A DNA stretch of 64,000 bases from a bacterium (GTDB lineage: Bacteria > RBG-13-61-14 > DATKZS01). How positions within the stretch are numbered: the stretch's first letter is position 1; each line of letters opens with the position of its first letter. Below, piece by piece: positions 39,895 to 50,666 of the stretch. The notes below the pieces were generated by a model, which worked only from the letters and a program-made list of their open reading frames with translations, made no database searches and was not told the origin of the DNA. Position numbers and translations under genes: made by a program. Location of the stretch: the NCBI GenBank assembly GCA_963674965.2, contig CAXXFL010000006.1, positions 672,001-736,000 on the forward strand, in the 5' to 3' direction.

Positions 39895-40778
39895 ACTCGC
39901 TCACCGGCCTTACGCTCATCGCCCTGCTCGCTCACGTGGGCTACTCCGAGGGAAAGCTGAGGAGGGTCGGGAGGGTCCAGTATTATTTGCACACAATATA
40001 CGCGCTCATTGAGCCGAGCGCCCTTTGGCTGATGGACAAATTTCTGAAGGTCGATTTCTTCACGAAAAACCGGGTGGGCAACTGGTTTTTCCGCCAGGGA
40101 TGCCGGACCCTGTGGTATTTGCCTCACGGGATCACTCTGACCACGGAAAGCGCGGAGCGGCTTATCGATTACGTCACCACCGCGGAGGGACCCAAGGGCG
40201 CCCGTCTGGCCGTTGGTCCCTGCGTCTGCCAGGTCGCGCTCGGGGTGAGGCAAGAGCCCTATAAAAAGGACATGGTCATCCTGTATGGGGCCGACATATA
40301 TCTTCGTCATTACAAGGACTACTCCGTTATAGACGCGGAGGAAGGCAAAAGGCTGCTGCGGGAATGCCACGAACGCGGCCTTGTCCATATAGTGGATTTC
40401 TGCATGTCCTCGGGCAAGTGGACCTTCGTGGTCTGCAACTGCGAGCCCGATATCTGTCTGATCACCAGGTCTTACCTGGCAACGGGAGAGTTCGTTCTTC
40501 CCGGCCCCCAGGCGGCGATCCACGACAAGGACTTATGTCTGGGAGTCGAGGAATGCGGCCGCTGCCTGGACCGGTGCATTTTTAAGGCCAACGTCGTTTC
40601 CGAGGATGGAAAGCCGAGCATTATCGAGGATAAATGCATGGGGTGCGGACTGTGCGTGACCACCTGCCCGCCCCGGGCCAGGCGGATAACGGAGCGGGCC
40701 GACTTCAAACACTCCGACAAGATTTCTTGCCGGGTCCTTGCAGGCGTGGGCAATCCTACGGACGCCGTCCCTTTATAA
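39891..40778 (+). CDS. 4Fe-4S dicluster-binding protein
   Basis: CVC, VCNC, CLGVEECGRCLDRC and CMGCGLCVTTCP. Confidence 0.88.
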   Translation: MNSLTGLTLIALLAHVGYSEGKLRRVGRVQYYLHTIYALIEPSALWLMDKFLKVDFFTKNRVGNWFFRQGCRTLWYLPHGITLTTESAERLIDYVTTAEGPKGARLAVGPCVCQVALGVRQEPYKKDMVILYGADIYLRHYKDYSVIDAEEGKRLLRECHERGLVHIVDFCMSSGKWTFVVCNCEPDICLITRSYLATGEFVLPGPQAAIHDKDLCLGVEECGRCLDRCIFKANVVSEDGKPSIIEDKCMGCGLCVTTCPPRARRITERADFKHSDKISCRVLAGVGNPTDAVPL

Positions 40779-40859
40779 AGCTCCGCGCGACGATCCGGGC
40801 GTCGCTCTTTTCTATCTTTACTTCAACGCCCGATCATATCCCGCACTCTTTAATGACGC

Positions 40860-42230
40860 TCACTTCCGGGAAAATAGCGAGGCGATATAACTTTTCAGCA
40901 ACATGAGAGAAAGGGAGAATTTGCTCAAAAGCAGTTTGGCCAACTCGCCGTAGCGCCGGTTCCGAAGATAAAGCTCGAGATAGAATTGAATCTGCATGCG
41001 TTTCAAGGCGCGGTGGGGAATGTTCTCCAGCTCGATGGAGTTGGATATATATTTATCGTACTTGTCCCACTCCTTGGTTAACAGCCTGTAGCCTTTCTCG
41101 CCCTTTTCCGCCCAATCGTATATGTCGCTTCCCGGATAGGCCACGATGGTGGCCACCGAAAGCCGGTCGGGATTCTGCCGCGTCGTGAAATCCATCGTCC
41201 TTTGAAAGGATTCCATGGTCTCTCCCGGAAGACCGATAATGATTTTAAACCAAACCTTCAGCCCGCTCTTCTTGATCGTCTTCACCGCCTTTTCCACCTG
41301 CTCCAGACTGATCCCCTTTTTGGAAGCCTTAAGGACCTCCGGGTCGCCGGACTCGACTCCCAGCTCGATATACTCGAAGCCGGCCTTTCGCATCAAGTCC
41401 GTCATTTCCTCAGTGACGCGGTCGACTCTCGTCTGGGCCTTGAAGGTCACCTTCGCCTTCTCGCTAAATTCGATCAGCCGCTTAAGCAGCATGGCCGCTT
41501 TTTCCGGGCTCGACCCGAAGGTCTCGTCCTCGAAATAAATCTCCCTGGGACTGAAGTTCTCATGCAGCCACTCGATTTCCTCCATGACTTTGTCCAGGCT
41601 TCTTCGCTTGACCTTCTTTGACATATTTCGGCAGCAGAACACGCAGTTGAACGGACAGCCCCTCTCGGACATTACGGGATAAATTTGCGTCCGCGGGAAC
41701 ATGTCCCAGGCGGGGAAAGGCAATGAATCGACGTCCTCGTCGTAATGGGCGGGGGCCCCGTTCATTATTTTCCCCTCCTCGTTCCTCCAGAATAACCCGG
41801 CTATTTCATCTTTCTTTTTCGTTCCCTGAATGAACTCGACCAGGGTGGTCTCCGACTCCCCCGCCATTAGGAGGTCGAACTCGACCGCTTCCTCCAGGGC
41901 TTTTTCCTCGAGGGCGTTGGCGTGTACGCCGCCGAGAATAAGGACCGTTTCAGGATTGATCTTTTTAATAAGGCCGGCGATCTTTCTGGCCTTGGGAAAA
42001 TCGACGGTCATGGCGGAAATCCCCACGCGCCGGGGATGGTGGCGCATGATTTTCTCGACCGTTACCTTATCATCCAGATGACCCTCCAGCTTTCCGTCCA
42101 CTACCTCGACCGAGACGCCCCTTGCCCTGGCCGTCCCCGCCAGGTAGGCGAGACCGAGAGGAGGGTACAAACACCAGTGTTTTTCAGCCGCGTGAAGAAG
42201 TCCGGGCCGAGCCAATACCAGGTCAATCAT
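40860..42230 (-). CDS. B12-binding-domain radical SAM enzyme
   Basis: PPLGLAYLAG, GGVHA, GESE, SERGCPFNCVFC, GVESG, GLPGET. Confidence 0.93.
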   Translation of the reverse strand: MIDLVLARPGLLHAAEKHWCLYPPLGLAYLAGTARARGVSVEVVDGKLEGHLDDKVTVEKIMRHHPRRVGISAMTVDFPKARKIAGLIKKINPETVLILGGVHANALEEKALEEAVEFDLLMAGESETTLVEFIQGTKKKDEIAGLFWRNEEGKIMNGAPAHYDEDVDSLPFPAWDMFPRTQIYPVMSERGCPFNCVFCCRNMSKKVKRRSLDKVMEEIEWLHENFSPREIYFEDETFGSSPEKAAMLLKRLIEFSEKAKVTFKAQTRVDRVTEEMTDLMRKAGFEYIELGVESGDPEVLKASKKGISLEQVEKAVKTIKKSGLKVWFKIIIGLPGETMESFQRTMDFTTRQNPDRLSVATIVAYPGSDIYDWAEKGEKGYRLLTKEWDKYDKYISNSIELENIPHRALKRMQIQFYLELYLRNRRYGELAKLLLSKFSLSLMLLKSYIASLFSRK

Positions 42231-42299
42231 AGCGCGCCTCGTTGATCGCAAGTTGTCAAAATATATTTTCCCCCCGCCCTATTACTGAAAACGGACGGC

Positions 42300-42938
42300 T
42301 TAGGCGCCGTCTTTCACCGCCTTTACCATCCAGTTGTATTCGAGTTCCGCTATCTCGAAATTATCGTATCTCGCCCTGAATAGAATATTGAGGTTTTCTT
42401 TTGAGGCGGCGTATACGTTTACTTTATTAAGACCGAGCCAGACCTTCCTGAGCCGTATTCTCAGCGTGCCGGTCTTGGAGAAATCGACGATCATTACGCC
42501 CCCACCCACTAACAGTCCATCCAGTTTGTCAATGAAATTATCCCAATCGGCGACGTAGTCGGTCAAGCCGATGGATATGGCCACGTCGTACTTTCCTTCC
42601 TCCTCCGAGGTGAAGAAATCACGCGCTACCGCCTCCACCCTGTCCGCCTTGCCATGAAGGTTTCTCTCGGCGGCCGAAACGTTTTCCGCGACGACGTCCT
42701 CGATCCTTATCAGGCTCGGCCTGCCCCGGATTATTTCCGACAGAAACAATCCGTCGCCGCAGCCCACGTCGATTATCCTTTTTCCCGCGCAATCGGGGAG
42801 CATCCCGGCCATGGCCGTCAGGCGGGCATCCTCACCCGCCCTGAAAAAACGAGCGACGAGCCCGCCGCGGCCTGGATAACGGCGGCTGAAATAGTCAAAG
42901 ACCGCTCGATCGGATATCTCGCCCTCGCCTTTTATCAT
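42300..42938 (-). CDS. class I SAM-dependent methyltransferase
   Basis: IDVGCGDG; ATG 42938 overlaps the sulfotransferase stop (ATGA). Confidence 0.87.
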   Translation of the reverse strand: MIKGEGEISDRAVFDYFSRRYPGRGGLVARFFRAGEDARLTAMAGMLPDCAGKRIIDVGCGDGLFLSEIIRGRPSLIRIEDVVAENVSAAERNLHGKADRVEAVARDFFTSEEEGKYDVAISIGLTDYVADWDNFIDKLDGLLVGGGVMIVDFSKTGTLRIRLRKVWLGLNKVNVYAASKENLNILFRARYDNFEIAELEYNWMVKAVKDGA

Positions 42939-43978
42939 TTTCGCTCCATGATCCAGTTCCACGTATAACCTATGACGGACCCCCTTGAAAAGCTCGGGGC
43001 CCTTAAGGGGATCAGCGCCAGCCACAGCGGTATAGTCAGTATCGACGCCAGGACGCGCGCCGGGCTCACCGGGGTCTTCATCACTTTATATCCGCTTCTT
43101 TTAATAACCGATCCCGCGATAAGATTCATCCAGAAAACGTCCTCGGGCGCGACGGCCCTCGTCTTGAAGGAGTCAAAGCTCGAGTTGAAAGGTCCCTCCG
43201 AAACGGAGACCGGATGATAAGCCAATTCCAGCTTGTCATATATTTTCATCATCGCCTTCTCCGGTTCCTCGATTATCTCCTCCAGGTCGACGACGACGAT
43301 TTTCTCGGGGTATTTTTCGCGCGCCGCCTCCAGGCTCAGCATATACCCCCTCCAGAACAGGGCCCTCATCACCGGGTGCCTGTAAACGTGGTTAAGAAAG
43401 CCGACAAGTCCCATCCCTCTCCAGTCCGCCATATGCTTCATCGAGCGCGTGAATCCGTACGGGTCACGCTTGGTGACGATGAACCTGGCGTCCTTATGGT
43501 TCTCCACTATCCGATCAATCCAATTGAGGTGGTTGGGGGTTTTTTCCAGGACCACGCTTTTATTTTCCGCTTTGGCCACGGCCCCGGCGAGGCGCTCGAA
43601 AACCTCGCCCGGCCTGAGGGGAGCGGCCAAGCTTTCCGCCGTCTCGTCAAGAAGCTTCAGCATGTACTCGGGGTCTATTTTTATAAGGCCCGTATGATGG
43701 GCGGGGTTTTTTTCCCATTCCGAGGCGACGTATCCTTTAAGATTTTCAAAGACCGCGTTCAACTCATCGGCGTTATAACGGCCGGAGGAGTTCGGTTTGA
43801 CGTACAGTCTGCTGTAAAAATTCGTCTCCCCGAAGACCGCCGCCTGGGGATGCTCGTTCATACGGCGGCTGATCCACGTGGTGCCGCTTCGGGCCACTCC
43901 CACTATGAAGTGTATCTCGAGCGGTCCGTCTTTTTGCTCGCCTCCCACGCCTTGATCCTTGCTCCTCATTCCGTCCAT
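42935..43978 (-). CDS. PAPS-dependent sulfotransferase
   Basis: FIVGVARSGTTW (5'-PSB), EKTP, RDP...S (3'-PB). Confidence 0.9.
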   Translation of the reverse strand: MDGMRSKDQGVGGEQKDGPLEIHFIVGVARSGTTWISRRMNEHPQAAVFGETNFYSRLYVKPNSSGRYNADELNAVFENLKGYVASEWEKNPAHHTGLIKIDPEYMLKLLDETAESLAAPLRPGEVFERLAGAVAKAENKSVVLEKTPNHLNWIDRIVENHKDARFIVTKRDPYGFTRSMKHMADWRGMGLVGFLNHVYRHPVMRALFWRGYMLSLEAAREKYPEKIVVVDLEEIIEEPEKAMMKIYDKLELAYHPVSVSEGPFNSSFDSFKTRAVAPEDVFWMNLIAGSVIKRSGYKVMKTPVSPARVLASILTIPLWLALIPLRAPSFSRGSVIGYTWNWIMERK

Positions 43979-44002
43979 ATCGATCCATGTATGAAGTATT
44001 TA

Positions 44003-45250
44003 TTATCGCGCAAGCAGTTTTTTCAATTCCTTGTCAAAGGTATCGATTATTTTTTCCCTCGTGTAGTTCTCCAGGATATATTTTCTTCCCCTCTTTCCCA
44101 TTTCCTCTCTCAGCTCGTCGTCCGACTGGAGCTTCAAAAGCGCCTGGGCCAGGGCCTTTTCATCGCCGGGAGGAATATTGATTCCCCCGCCGGACTCGGC
44201 CACTATCTTGACGCTCGAGCTGTCGGGCCTTCCGCCGAAAATATAGGGGGTGCCCGATCCAAGATAATCGAAGGTCTTGTGCCCGATTATCCAGTTGATA
44301 CCGTCCCGATCGGGAAAAAGGTTCACGCAAACGTCGGCGGCCCGGTAGAAATCCGGCAGGTCTTGCCTTGGCATCCACCCTAAAAACGAGCAGTTATCGA
44401 GTCCCTTTTCCTCGCAATAATCGATATAGCCTTGCCGCTTTTGCCCACCTCCGATAAGGACGAACTGATATTCTTCCCTATCGCGAAGCGCCTCGGCCGC
44501 CTTGAGGATGGTCATAATGTCCGTCACGTGGCCCATTACGCCCGCGTAAACGACGATGAACTTTTCCTCCCATCCATACTTTTTTCTTACGTCCACCTTA
44601 TAATTTCTTTCGTTAAAAATTTCCGGCTCGAAGGCGTGGGTAATGACTTTAATTTTATCTTCCGGTATTCCCATGCCCACCAGGTGGTCCTTGATGCCAG
44701 GACTCACCACCACAATGATATCGGCCGCCAGGTACAGGCGCCGGTAAAGATAATCGGCCAGCCGGCTCATGATTCCCGGCTTGATATAGCCGATCCCCAT
44801 GCCGCCCTCCAGGATCAGGTCCCGCATCTCTAGAATGTATTTGGCCCCCCTTAACCTGGCTTGAACGCAGGCCAGGACCGCGGTGGTTATGGGCTCGGAC
44901 GCGGCCATAACCACGTCGGGCTTTGGCGATAAAAGTCCGCGAAGAGACGCGGTTATGGACTGAGAAAAAATATAGAACAGGCGATTGAGAAAAACTTCCC
45001 GGTCCAGGGAAGTGCACCAGACGCGGCAGACGTCCACTCCCTCAACGGCCATGTTCTCGAACAACTTGAATTTGGACCTGGTCATCCTCTTCATGGTCAG
45101 GGCGTCGACGGCCGGGGCCACCACCAGTATTTTGTATCCCAGTCTGGCCAGATATTTGGACTGTTGCCAGGATTGAACCCCACCCACGTCCTTGCCCATC
45201 CTGAAGTGAGGATAATACATGAGCAGTCTCGGACCATGGTTTTCACTCAT
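44003..45250 (-). CDS. GT4 glycosyltransferase (WbuB-like)
   Basis: LEMRDL, VVSPG, YAGVMG, KTFDYLGSGTP. Confidence 0.9.
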   Translation of the reverse strand: MSENHGPRLLMYYPHFRMGKDVGGVQSWQQSKYLARLGYKILVVAPAVDALTMKRMTRSKFKLFENMAVEGVDVCRVWCTSLDREVFLNRLFYIFSQSITASLRGLLSPKPDVVMAASEPITTAVLACVQARLRGAKYILEMRDLILEGGMGIGYIKPGIMSRLADYLYRRLYLAADIIVVVSPGIKDHLVGMGIPEDKIKVITHAFEPEIFNERNYKVDVRKKYGWEEKFIVVYAGVMGHVTDIMTILKAAEALRDREEYQFVLIGGGQKRQGYIDYCEEKGLDNCSFLGWMPRQDLPDFYRAADVCVNLFPDRDGINWIIGHKTFDYLGSGTPYIFGGRPDSSSVKIVAESGGGINIPPGDEKALAQALLKLQSDDELREEMGKRGRKYILENYTREKIIDTFDKELKKLLAR

Positions 45251-45711
45251 GACGCTAATCTCCTACTATTGATTTTGTCTAGAGGTGACGTTTATCTTGT
45301 ATGAAAAATTTTATCGCTCTTGTAAAAATCGATCATTGCAAAAACAATAAAAACAAAGAACGATGCCTTACTCTCCCATGTCAAGCGCTATCTCGCGCCG
45401 TTTCCATTTGATTAAAAGGTATTATGCGGCATTTCAGTTAATCCGGGCGGGCAGGATCATGCCCATCTTCCTCCCGGGAAAAGGCCAAACGATTTACCCG
45501 ATTACCCGTGACGCGAGAATCATTCTAACTTGATTGACCTCGAAAAATCAAACGGCGGCCCGTTTTGAGCGCCTCGCGGCCAAGAGCGTTTCTCAGTAAA
45601 AAAGGATTTGAAAGAGCGCGTATATTTTGCAATAATGGCGCTAAAGCGGCGGCTGGACCTCGCCGTTTTCTCGGACTTTTTTCCGAGCACCACAACCCGG
45701 GAGGTTTGACA

Positions 45712-47031
45712 ATGAAGCCATCTAGGCGGACGCGAATCGCGATGGTGTTTTTCTTTCTTTTCATGGCCAACCATGATGCCTCGAGCTTCGAGGTCGCCAT
45801 CGGCGACAAGCGCTTTACGGCCAAGGCGCCGCCGGGATACGTCGAGGTGGGGTCGTCCTCATATCGGACGCTGCAACTGTTCCAGGGCCTTCTGCCCGAG
45901 AAACTGGAGGTGCAGGGGGCTTTCGTGTCCGAGGAGGAAGCGGCTCGCATAAAAGTGAACGAGGTACCCGTTCTCACCAGGTACATGCTGATCTACATCC
46001 ACAAGGACCTGCAGGGCAACGTGACTCAGCCCCAGTTCAACCAGGTCCGGGAAAGCACGCGGAAACAATATCACAACATGTACGACGACTACCGGGACCA
46101 GGTCGGTCACGTCCTGGACAAACCAGCCGAGTCGATTTCCGATTATCTGGGCGATGACGCCAAGATAAAGAGCGTGACCGTCTATCCCATCGGGGTGGTT
46201 TCCGACCGGACCTACGCCATCACCATCTCCCAGCTCATCAAGTACGAGGTGGCCACCGCCGGAGGGGAGGAGCCGGTTTTTTACGTGGCCGCCACGGTCA
46301 ACGTCGTCCACGTTCACGGCAAGGTGTTTTTCTTAAGCGCCTTCTCCTATTTCCGGGACGAGGCCGACCTGTCCTGGACGGAGGAGATATCCCTCGGCTG
46401 GGTGGAGGACATCCTGCACGACAACCTCAGTCCATCCGTCTTCGACTACCAGGGCCCGGGCGCCCAAACCTCGTTCACCGAAAGAGAGGTCGCCAAACTT
46501 CTTGGAGGCCCGTCGAAAAAATATTCCTCCTCCGGGCGCGAAAAAGCCCTGGGCATAGACGTCTCCTTCCTCCACCCCGAGGGATGGAACGTCATGGAGG
46601 ACAAGGACTCGCCCAACGTGGTCAACGTGGTATACGGAAACATGCACGATGAAGCCGTGCCCTTCGTGAGCCTGGCCGTGAACGAGCTGGCCCTGAGGCA
46701 AAAGGTCAGGTTCTCGGGAGAAGACGGCCAAAACGTCATGCTCGAGAGCATGGAGCTGGCCGTTCCCTCCGACGCCGCGATCATATCCAAAGGCAAGGCG
46801 GACGTGGCCGGAAGAAAAGGCGCCTGGGTCAAATTCAGGCACGAGACCAAGAAGGAGGGCGAAACCCTCAGGTCCACGCAGGCGCTTTACATGTTCCATT
46901 ACCGGGACAAGCTCGTCACGCTGGCCGTCGGCGTCTCGGGCAAGGCGAGGCCCAAGCAGGTCGAGACCTGTTTCGACGCCTACGCGGCCGTGTTCGAAAG
47001 GATAGTGCAAAGCGTTACGGTGGCGAATTAG
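45712..47031 (+). CDS. hypothetical exported protein
   Basis: GGAGG RBS before ATG 45712; signal-peptide-like N-terminus; C-terminal half resembles PsbP/DcrB-type folds (weak). Confidence 0.7.
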   Translation: MKPSRRTRIAMVFFFLFMANHDASSFEVAIGDKRFTAKAPPGYVEVGSSSYRTLQLFQGLLPEKLEVQGAFVSEEEAARIKVNEVPVLTRYMLIYIHKDLQGNVTQPQFNQVRESTRKQYHNMYDDYRDQVGHVLDKPAESISDYLGDDAKIKSVTVYPIGVVSDRTYAITISQLIKYEVATAGGEEPVFYVAATVNVVHVHGKVFFLSAFSYFRDEADLSWTEEISLGWVEDILHDNLSPSVFDYQGPGAQTSFTEREVAKLLGGPSKKYSSSGREKALGIDVSFLHPEGWNVMEDKDSPNVVNVVYGNMHDEAVPFVSLAVNELALRQKVRFSGEDGQNVMLESMELAVPSDAAIISKGKADVAGRKGAWVKFRHETKKEGETLRSTQALYMFHYRDKLVTLAVGVSGKARPKQVETCFDAYAAVFERIVQSVTVAN

Positions 47032-47304
47032 TCGTTTACCGCCTCGAAATTACGTCCAGTCGATTTTACGTCCCGGCATCGCCGCCTCCTCGGGGAGATG
47101 ACAAGATTACTATCTGCACCCTATCCTCCGCCCCGAGGGGAAGGCGTTCCAAAGCCCTTGGGGACATCTTCCGAAAAGGGGATAAAGCGCGGCCTGATAA
47201 CCGACTCTTTGGCGTCCGCTCGGAATTAGGATAATGTCGGAATCAGGATAATAGCCTCTCACCCGCGCGTATGATAAAATTACCTCGATGTTTGGAGCGC
47301 GTCC

Positions 47305-47982
47305 ATGAGAGTGTTGCTGGTGGAGGATGACGAGCGGGTGGCTTCCTTTATTCTCAAGGGTCTCAAGGAGGAGGGCTTCGCCGTTGACCACGCCGGCAAC
47401 GGGGAGGACGGCATGCACCTTCTTTTAAGCGAGCCCTATGACGCGGCCGTCCTGGACGTCATGCTTCCCGGGCTCGACGGGCTGACGATCATCGAGAAAA
47501 TTCGGGCCAGGGGGATAAAGGTCCCCGTACTGTTCCTCAGCGCCAAGCGGTCGGTGGACGACAGGGTCAGGGGTCTGCGGGCGGGCGGCGACGATTACAT
47601 GGTCAAGCCTTTCGCCTTCAGCGAGCTGGTGGCCCGGCTCCAGGCGTTGATCCGGCGCGCGTCCGGGACCTCCGAGCCCACGACCCTCACCTTCCAGGAC
47701 CTTACCATGGACCTCATGACCAGGGAGGTGAAAAGGGGGGGAAGATCGATCGAGCTTCAGCCCCGCGAGTTCGCGCTGCTTGAATACCTTTTGCGCAACG
47801 CGGGCCGGGTGGTTTCGAAGACCATGCTTCTCGAGCACGTATGGGACTACAACTTCGATCCCCGCACCAACGTGGTCGAGGTCCGCGTCAACAAGCTTCG
47901 CGCTAAAATCGACAAGGGCTTTGACAAGCCCATCGTCCATACCGTTCGCGGCGTAGGTTATGTTATCAAAGAAGCGCCGTGA
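47305..47982 (+). CDS. OmpR-family response regulator (CusR/CzcR-like)
   Basis: LDVMLPGLDG, GGDDYMVKPFAFSEL, VWDYNFDPRTNVVEV, HTVRGVGY. Confidence 0.95.
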   Translation: MRVLLVEDDERVASFILKGLKEEGFAVDHAGNGEDGMHLLLSEPYDAAVLDVMLPGLDGLTIIEKIRARGIKVPVLFLSAKRSVDDRVRGLRAGGDDYMVKPFAFSELVARLQALIRRASGTSEPTTLTFQDLTMDLMTREVKRGGRSIELQPREFALLEYLLRNAGRVVSKTMLLEHVWDYNFDPRTNVVEVRVNKLRAKIDKGFDKPIVHTVRGVGYVIKEAP

Positions 47983-49366
47983 TTTTTCCCGGACCCTCAC
48001 CTTCCGCCTGGCCCTTTCCTACACCGGGGTTTTTATTCTTTCCACCGCGTCGGCTTTTATCGTCTGTTACCTTCTCGTCGCCTCCCATCTAGAGGGGCTA
48101 ACCGACAAGATTCTCCTGGACGAGTTCCGCGAATTTATCGAGCTATACGATGAAGGCGGCATGGACGCGATCCGCGGGGAACTGGCACTGGAGGTCGAGA
48201 CCGAGGACCCCCATCTGACCTATTTCAGGATGATCTCCGAAAACGGTGAGGTTATCGATGGAACGGACACCTCTTCCTGGGATGGCCTTTTGCCCGATAA
48301 AAAATCGATCGCGAAATTAAAAGGCGAAAAAGACTATGCTTTCGGGACCTTAAAGCTTGATTCCAAGCCGAGCGAGGTCCGTTATCTTTACGGAAAAATA
48401 AACCATAACTTGATCTTCGACTTTGGACTTGTGCCCGTGGATGACGCGGAATTCCTGTACGTTTTCAGAAGGATACTAATCTTTACCGGCGTCTTCATGT
48501 CCATTGCTTCCTTGCTGGTGGGCTGGATCATGGCCAGGAGGGCGCTGGCGGGAGTCGAGGACGTGACCTTGACCGCCATCGAGATCCAAAAAGGGGGCAT
48601 GGACAAGAGAGTGCCTTTAAAATCAAGGGGCCTCGAGATCGAAACCCTGGCCATTGCCTTCAACGAAATGATCGACCACGTCCAGACCCTGATGCGGGAG
48701 ATGAGGGAGTTGACCGACAATATCGCCCACGACCTGAGGAGTCCGATCACGGCGATCAGGGGCAGATGCGAGATGGCCCTCACCTCGGGCGGGTCGGAAA
48801 ACGAGCTTGCCGAGGCGGCCTCAGCCGCAGTGGCCGACTGCGACGGGCTGCTTCACATGATCAACGGCATGCTCGACCTGGCCGAGGCCGACGCGGGTGT
48901 ATTCCGGCTTGCCCCAGAGCGGCTCAACGTCCTCGATCTGATCGGGAACGTGGTGGAAATGTTCGAGACCTGGGCCGAGGAAAAAAACATAAGCGTTCAA
49001 ATCGAGGCGCCTGAGGATTTAACGGTCGCCGCCGACCGGCAAGCGCTTAAAAGGATTATGGCCAACCTGCTGGACAACGCAATCAAATACTCTCCGCCCG
49101 GGGGAAGAGTCGCCATATCGGCGCGGGGGGCGCAAGGCCGCGTCGAGATATCCGTAGCCGATACCGGCCCCGGCATCGGCGAGCTGGACCGGGAGCTTAT
49201 CTTCAAAAGGTTTTACCGGCTCGATAAAAGCAGGTCCAAGCGGGGCGCGGGCATTGGCCTGGCCCTCAGCCGCGCCCTGGTCCGCGCCCAAGGTGGAGAA
49301 ATTTCACTTAAGAGCGAACCTGGCCAGGGCAGCGTCTTTACCTTCCATCTGCCTGAGCGCGATTAA
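47960..49366 (+). CDS. sensor histidine kinase (HAMP-HisKA-HATPase)
   Basis: Two TM helices, IAHDLRSP, NLLDNAIKY, DTGPGI, GAGIGL. Confidence 0.95.
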   Translation: MLSKKRRDFSRTLTFRLALSYTGVFILSTASAFIVCYLLVASHLEGLTDKILLDEFREFIELYDEGGMDAIRGELALEVETEDPHLTYFRMISENGEVIDGTDTSSWDGLLPDKKSIAKLKGEKDYAFGTLKLDSKPSEVRYLYGKINHNLIFDFGLVPVDDAEFLYVFRRILIFTGVFMSIASLLVGWIMARRALAGVEDVTLTAIEIQKGGMDKRVPLKSRGLEIETLAIAFNEMIDHVQTLMREMRELTDNIAHDLRSPITAIRGRCEMALTSGGSENELAEAASAAVADCDGLLHMINGMLDLAEADAGVFRLAPERLNVLDLIGNVVEMFETWAEEKNISVQIEAPEDLTVAADRQALKRIMANLLDNAIKYSPPGGRVAISARGAQGRVEISVADTGPGIGELDRELIFKRFYRLDKSRSKRGAGIGLALSRALVRAQGGEISLKSEPGQGSVFTFHLPERD

Positions 49367-49391
49367 TAATTGAGAGAGTCGAGACCGACTC

Positions 49392-49434
49392 AAGATGACC
49401 AAAAGGTAATCTTACCGCCATCTTCCGGTAACGT
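49392..49434 (+). promoter_or_regulatory. candidate CusR/CopR-type operator
   Basis: Imperfect palindrome AAGATGACC-AAAA-GGTAATCTT plus 11-bp-period repeats GGTAAT/CGCCAT/GGTAAC. Confidence 0.6.
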
Positions 49435-49472
49435 CCCGTTTGATACCCTGGATTGTCAAACGAGACGTATTC

Positions 49473-50666
49473 ATGAGAAACCTTTCAATACCAATCCTTT
49501 ATTATCACAGGGTAAACCGGGTCGACGCCCGGATGGCCGTAAGCCCGGACAGATTCCGCGAGCAGATCAAAAGTATCGCCTCCAGGGGATGGCGCACGAT
49601 CGGGACCCCCGAGCTGATCGAGTTCGTCGAAACCGGGAAAGCACCTCACAAAAAACCTTTCCTTATCACCTTTGACGACGGTTATTTCGATAACTGGTAC
49701 CACGCCTGTCCCACCCTTGAAAAATATGGGATGAAGGCCCTCGTCTTCATGGTATCCGATTGGATAGGCCAAGGCCTCGCCCGCCCGCGCTTCCAGGACG
49801 GCGGCGAGCCGCCCATGCGAGACCTGGACCAGGCCATCAAAGCCGCCCTGACTGGAGACCGAGACGACTTCCTTAACGAGGCGGAAATAAGGGAGATGGC
49901 CGCGAGCGGCATTTTCGAGTTCGGTTCTCACGGCTCCAGCCACCGCCCTTGTTTCGCCTCGAGTCAAATAGATCGCCTTCTCTTTTCCCGGTCTCCCCAC
50001 TGGACCAAGATGGCGCTGGCCAAGGGAGATATAAGGCCCGGACTTCCCATATACGAGTGGACCTCGGCGATCACCGTCCCCGAGTTTATACCGTCCTCGA
50101 GAATGAAGGAGGAGATTATCCGCCACGTCGAGCACCAGGGAGGATGGGAAGCCGGCAAGAACAAAAAGAAAAGAGAGGAAATCGAGCGGCTCATGATTCA
50201 CTGGTCGAAAAAAAGCTTTGGCCTCTCGGGAGGCGGAAGATACGAAAGCGAGGAAGAGGCCCTGCAAAGAATATCCTCGGACCTCGAGGCCTCGCGGCTA
50301 CGGCTCGAGGAATTGACGCGCGCTCCGTGCCTAGCCCTGGCCTGGCCCTGGGGACAACACAGCCGGCTCGGAATAAGGGCGGCGAAAAAAGCGGGCCTTA
50401 AGATCGCCTTCACCACCCGCTCCGGGGCCACCTGCAAAGGCGACCATCCCTTCCGCCTGGACCGGCTCCGGGTCAGTAATAAAACGAGCGGGACCACGCT
50501 CGAGTTAATGATGAGCGCTCTGTCTCATCCCTCCGCCTCGAGGCTCGCCAGGCTTTTTTCCGATTCCAATTCAACCGACGGGTTCATGGAAAACCCGGAA
50601 ATAATCCCAGCCAAGAGGCGGGAAAAACCGGCCCTCGCGCCGCTGAAAAGGGAGAGGGCAAATTGA
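49473..50666 (+). CDS. polysaccharide deacetylase (CE4/NodB)
   Basis: PILYYHRV, ITFDDGY, FGSHGSSH, LAWPWG. Confidence 0.9.
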   Translation: MRNLSIPILYYHRVNRVDARMAVSPDRFREQIKSIASRGWRTIGTPELIEFVETGKAPHKKPFLITFDDGYFDNWYHACPTLEKYGMKALVFMVSDWIGQGLARPRFQDGGEPPMRDLDQAIKAALTGDRDDFLNEAEIREMAASGIFEFGSHGSSHRPCFASSQIDRLLFSRSPHWTKMALAKGDIRPGLPIYEWTSAITVPEFIPSSRMKEEIIRHVEHQGGWEAGKNKKKREEIERLMIHWSKKSFGLSGGGRYESEEEALQRISSDLEASRLRLEELTRAPCLALAWPWGQHSRLGIRAAKKAGLKIAFTTRSGATCKGDHPFRLDRLRVSNKTSGTTLELMMSALSHPSASRLARLFSDSNSTDGFMENPEIIPAKRREKPALAPLKRERAN

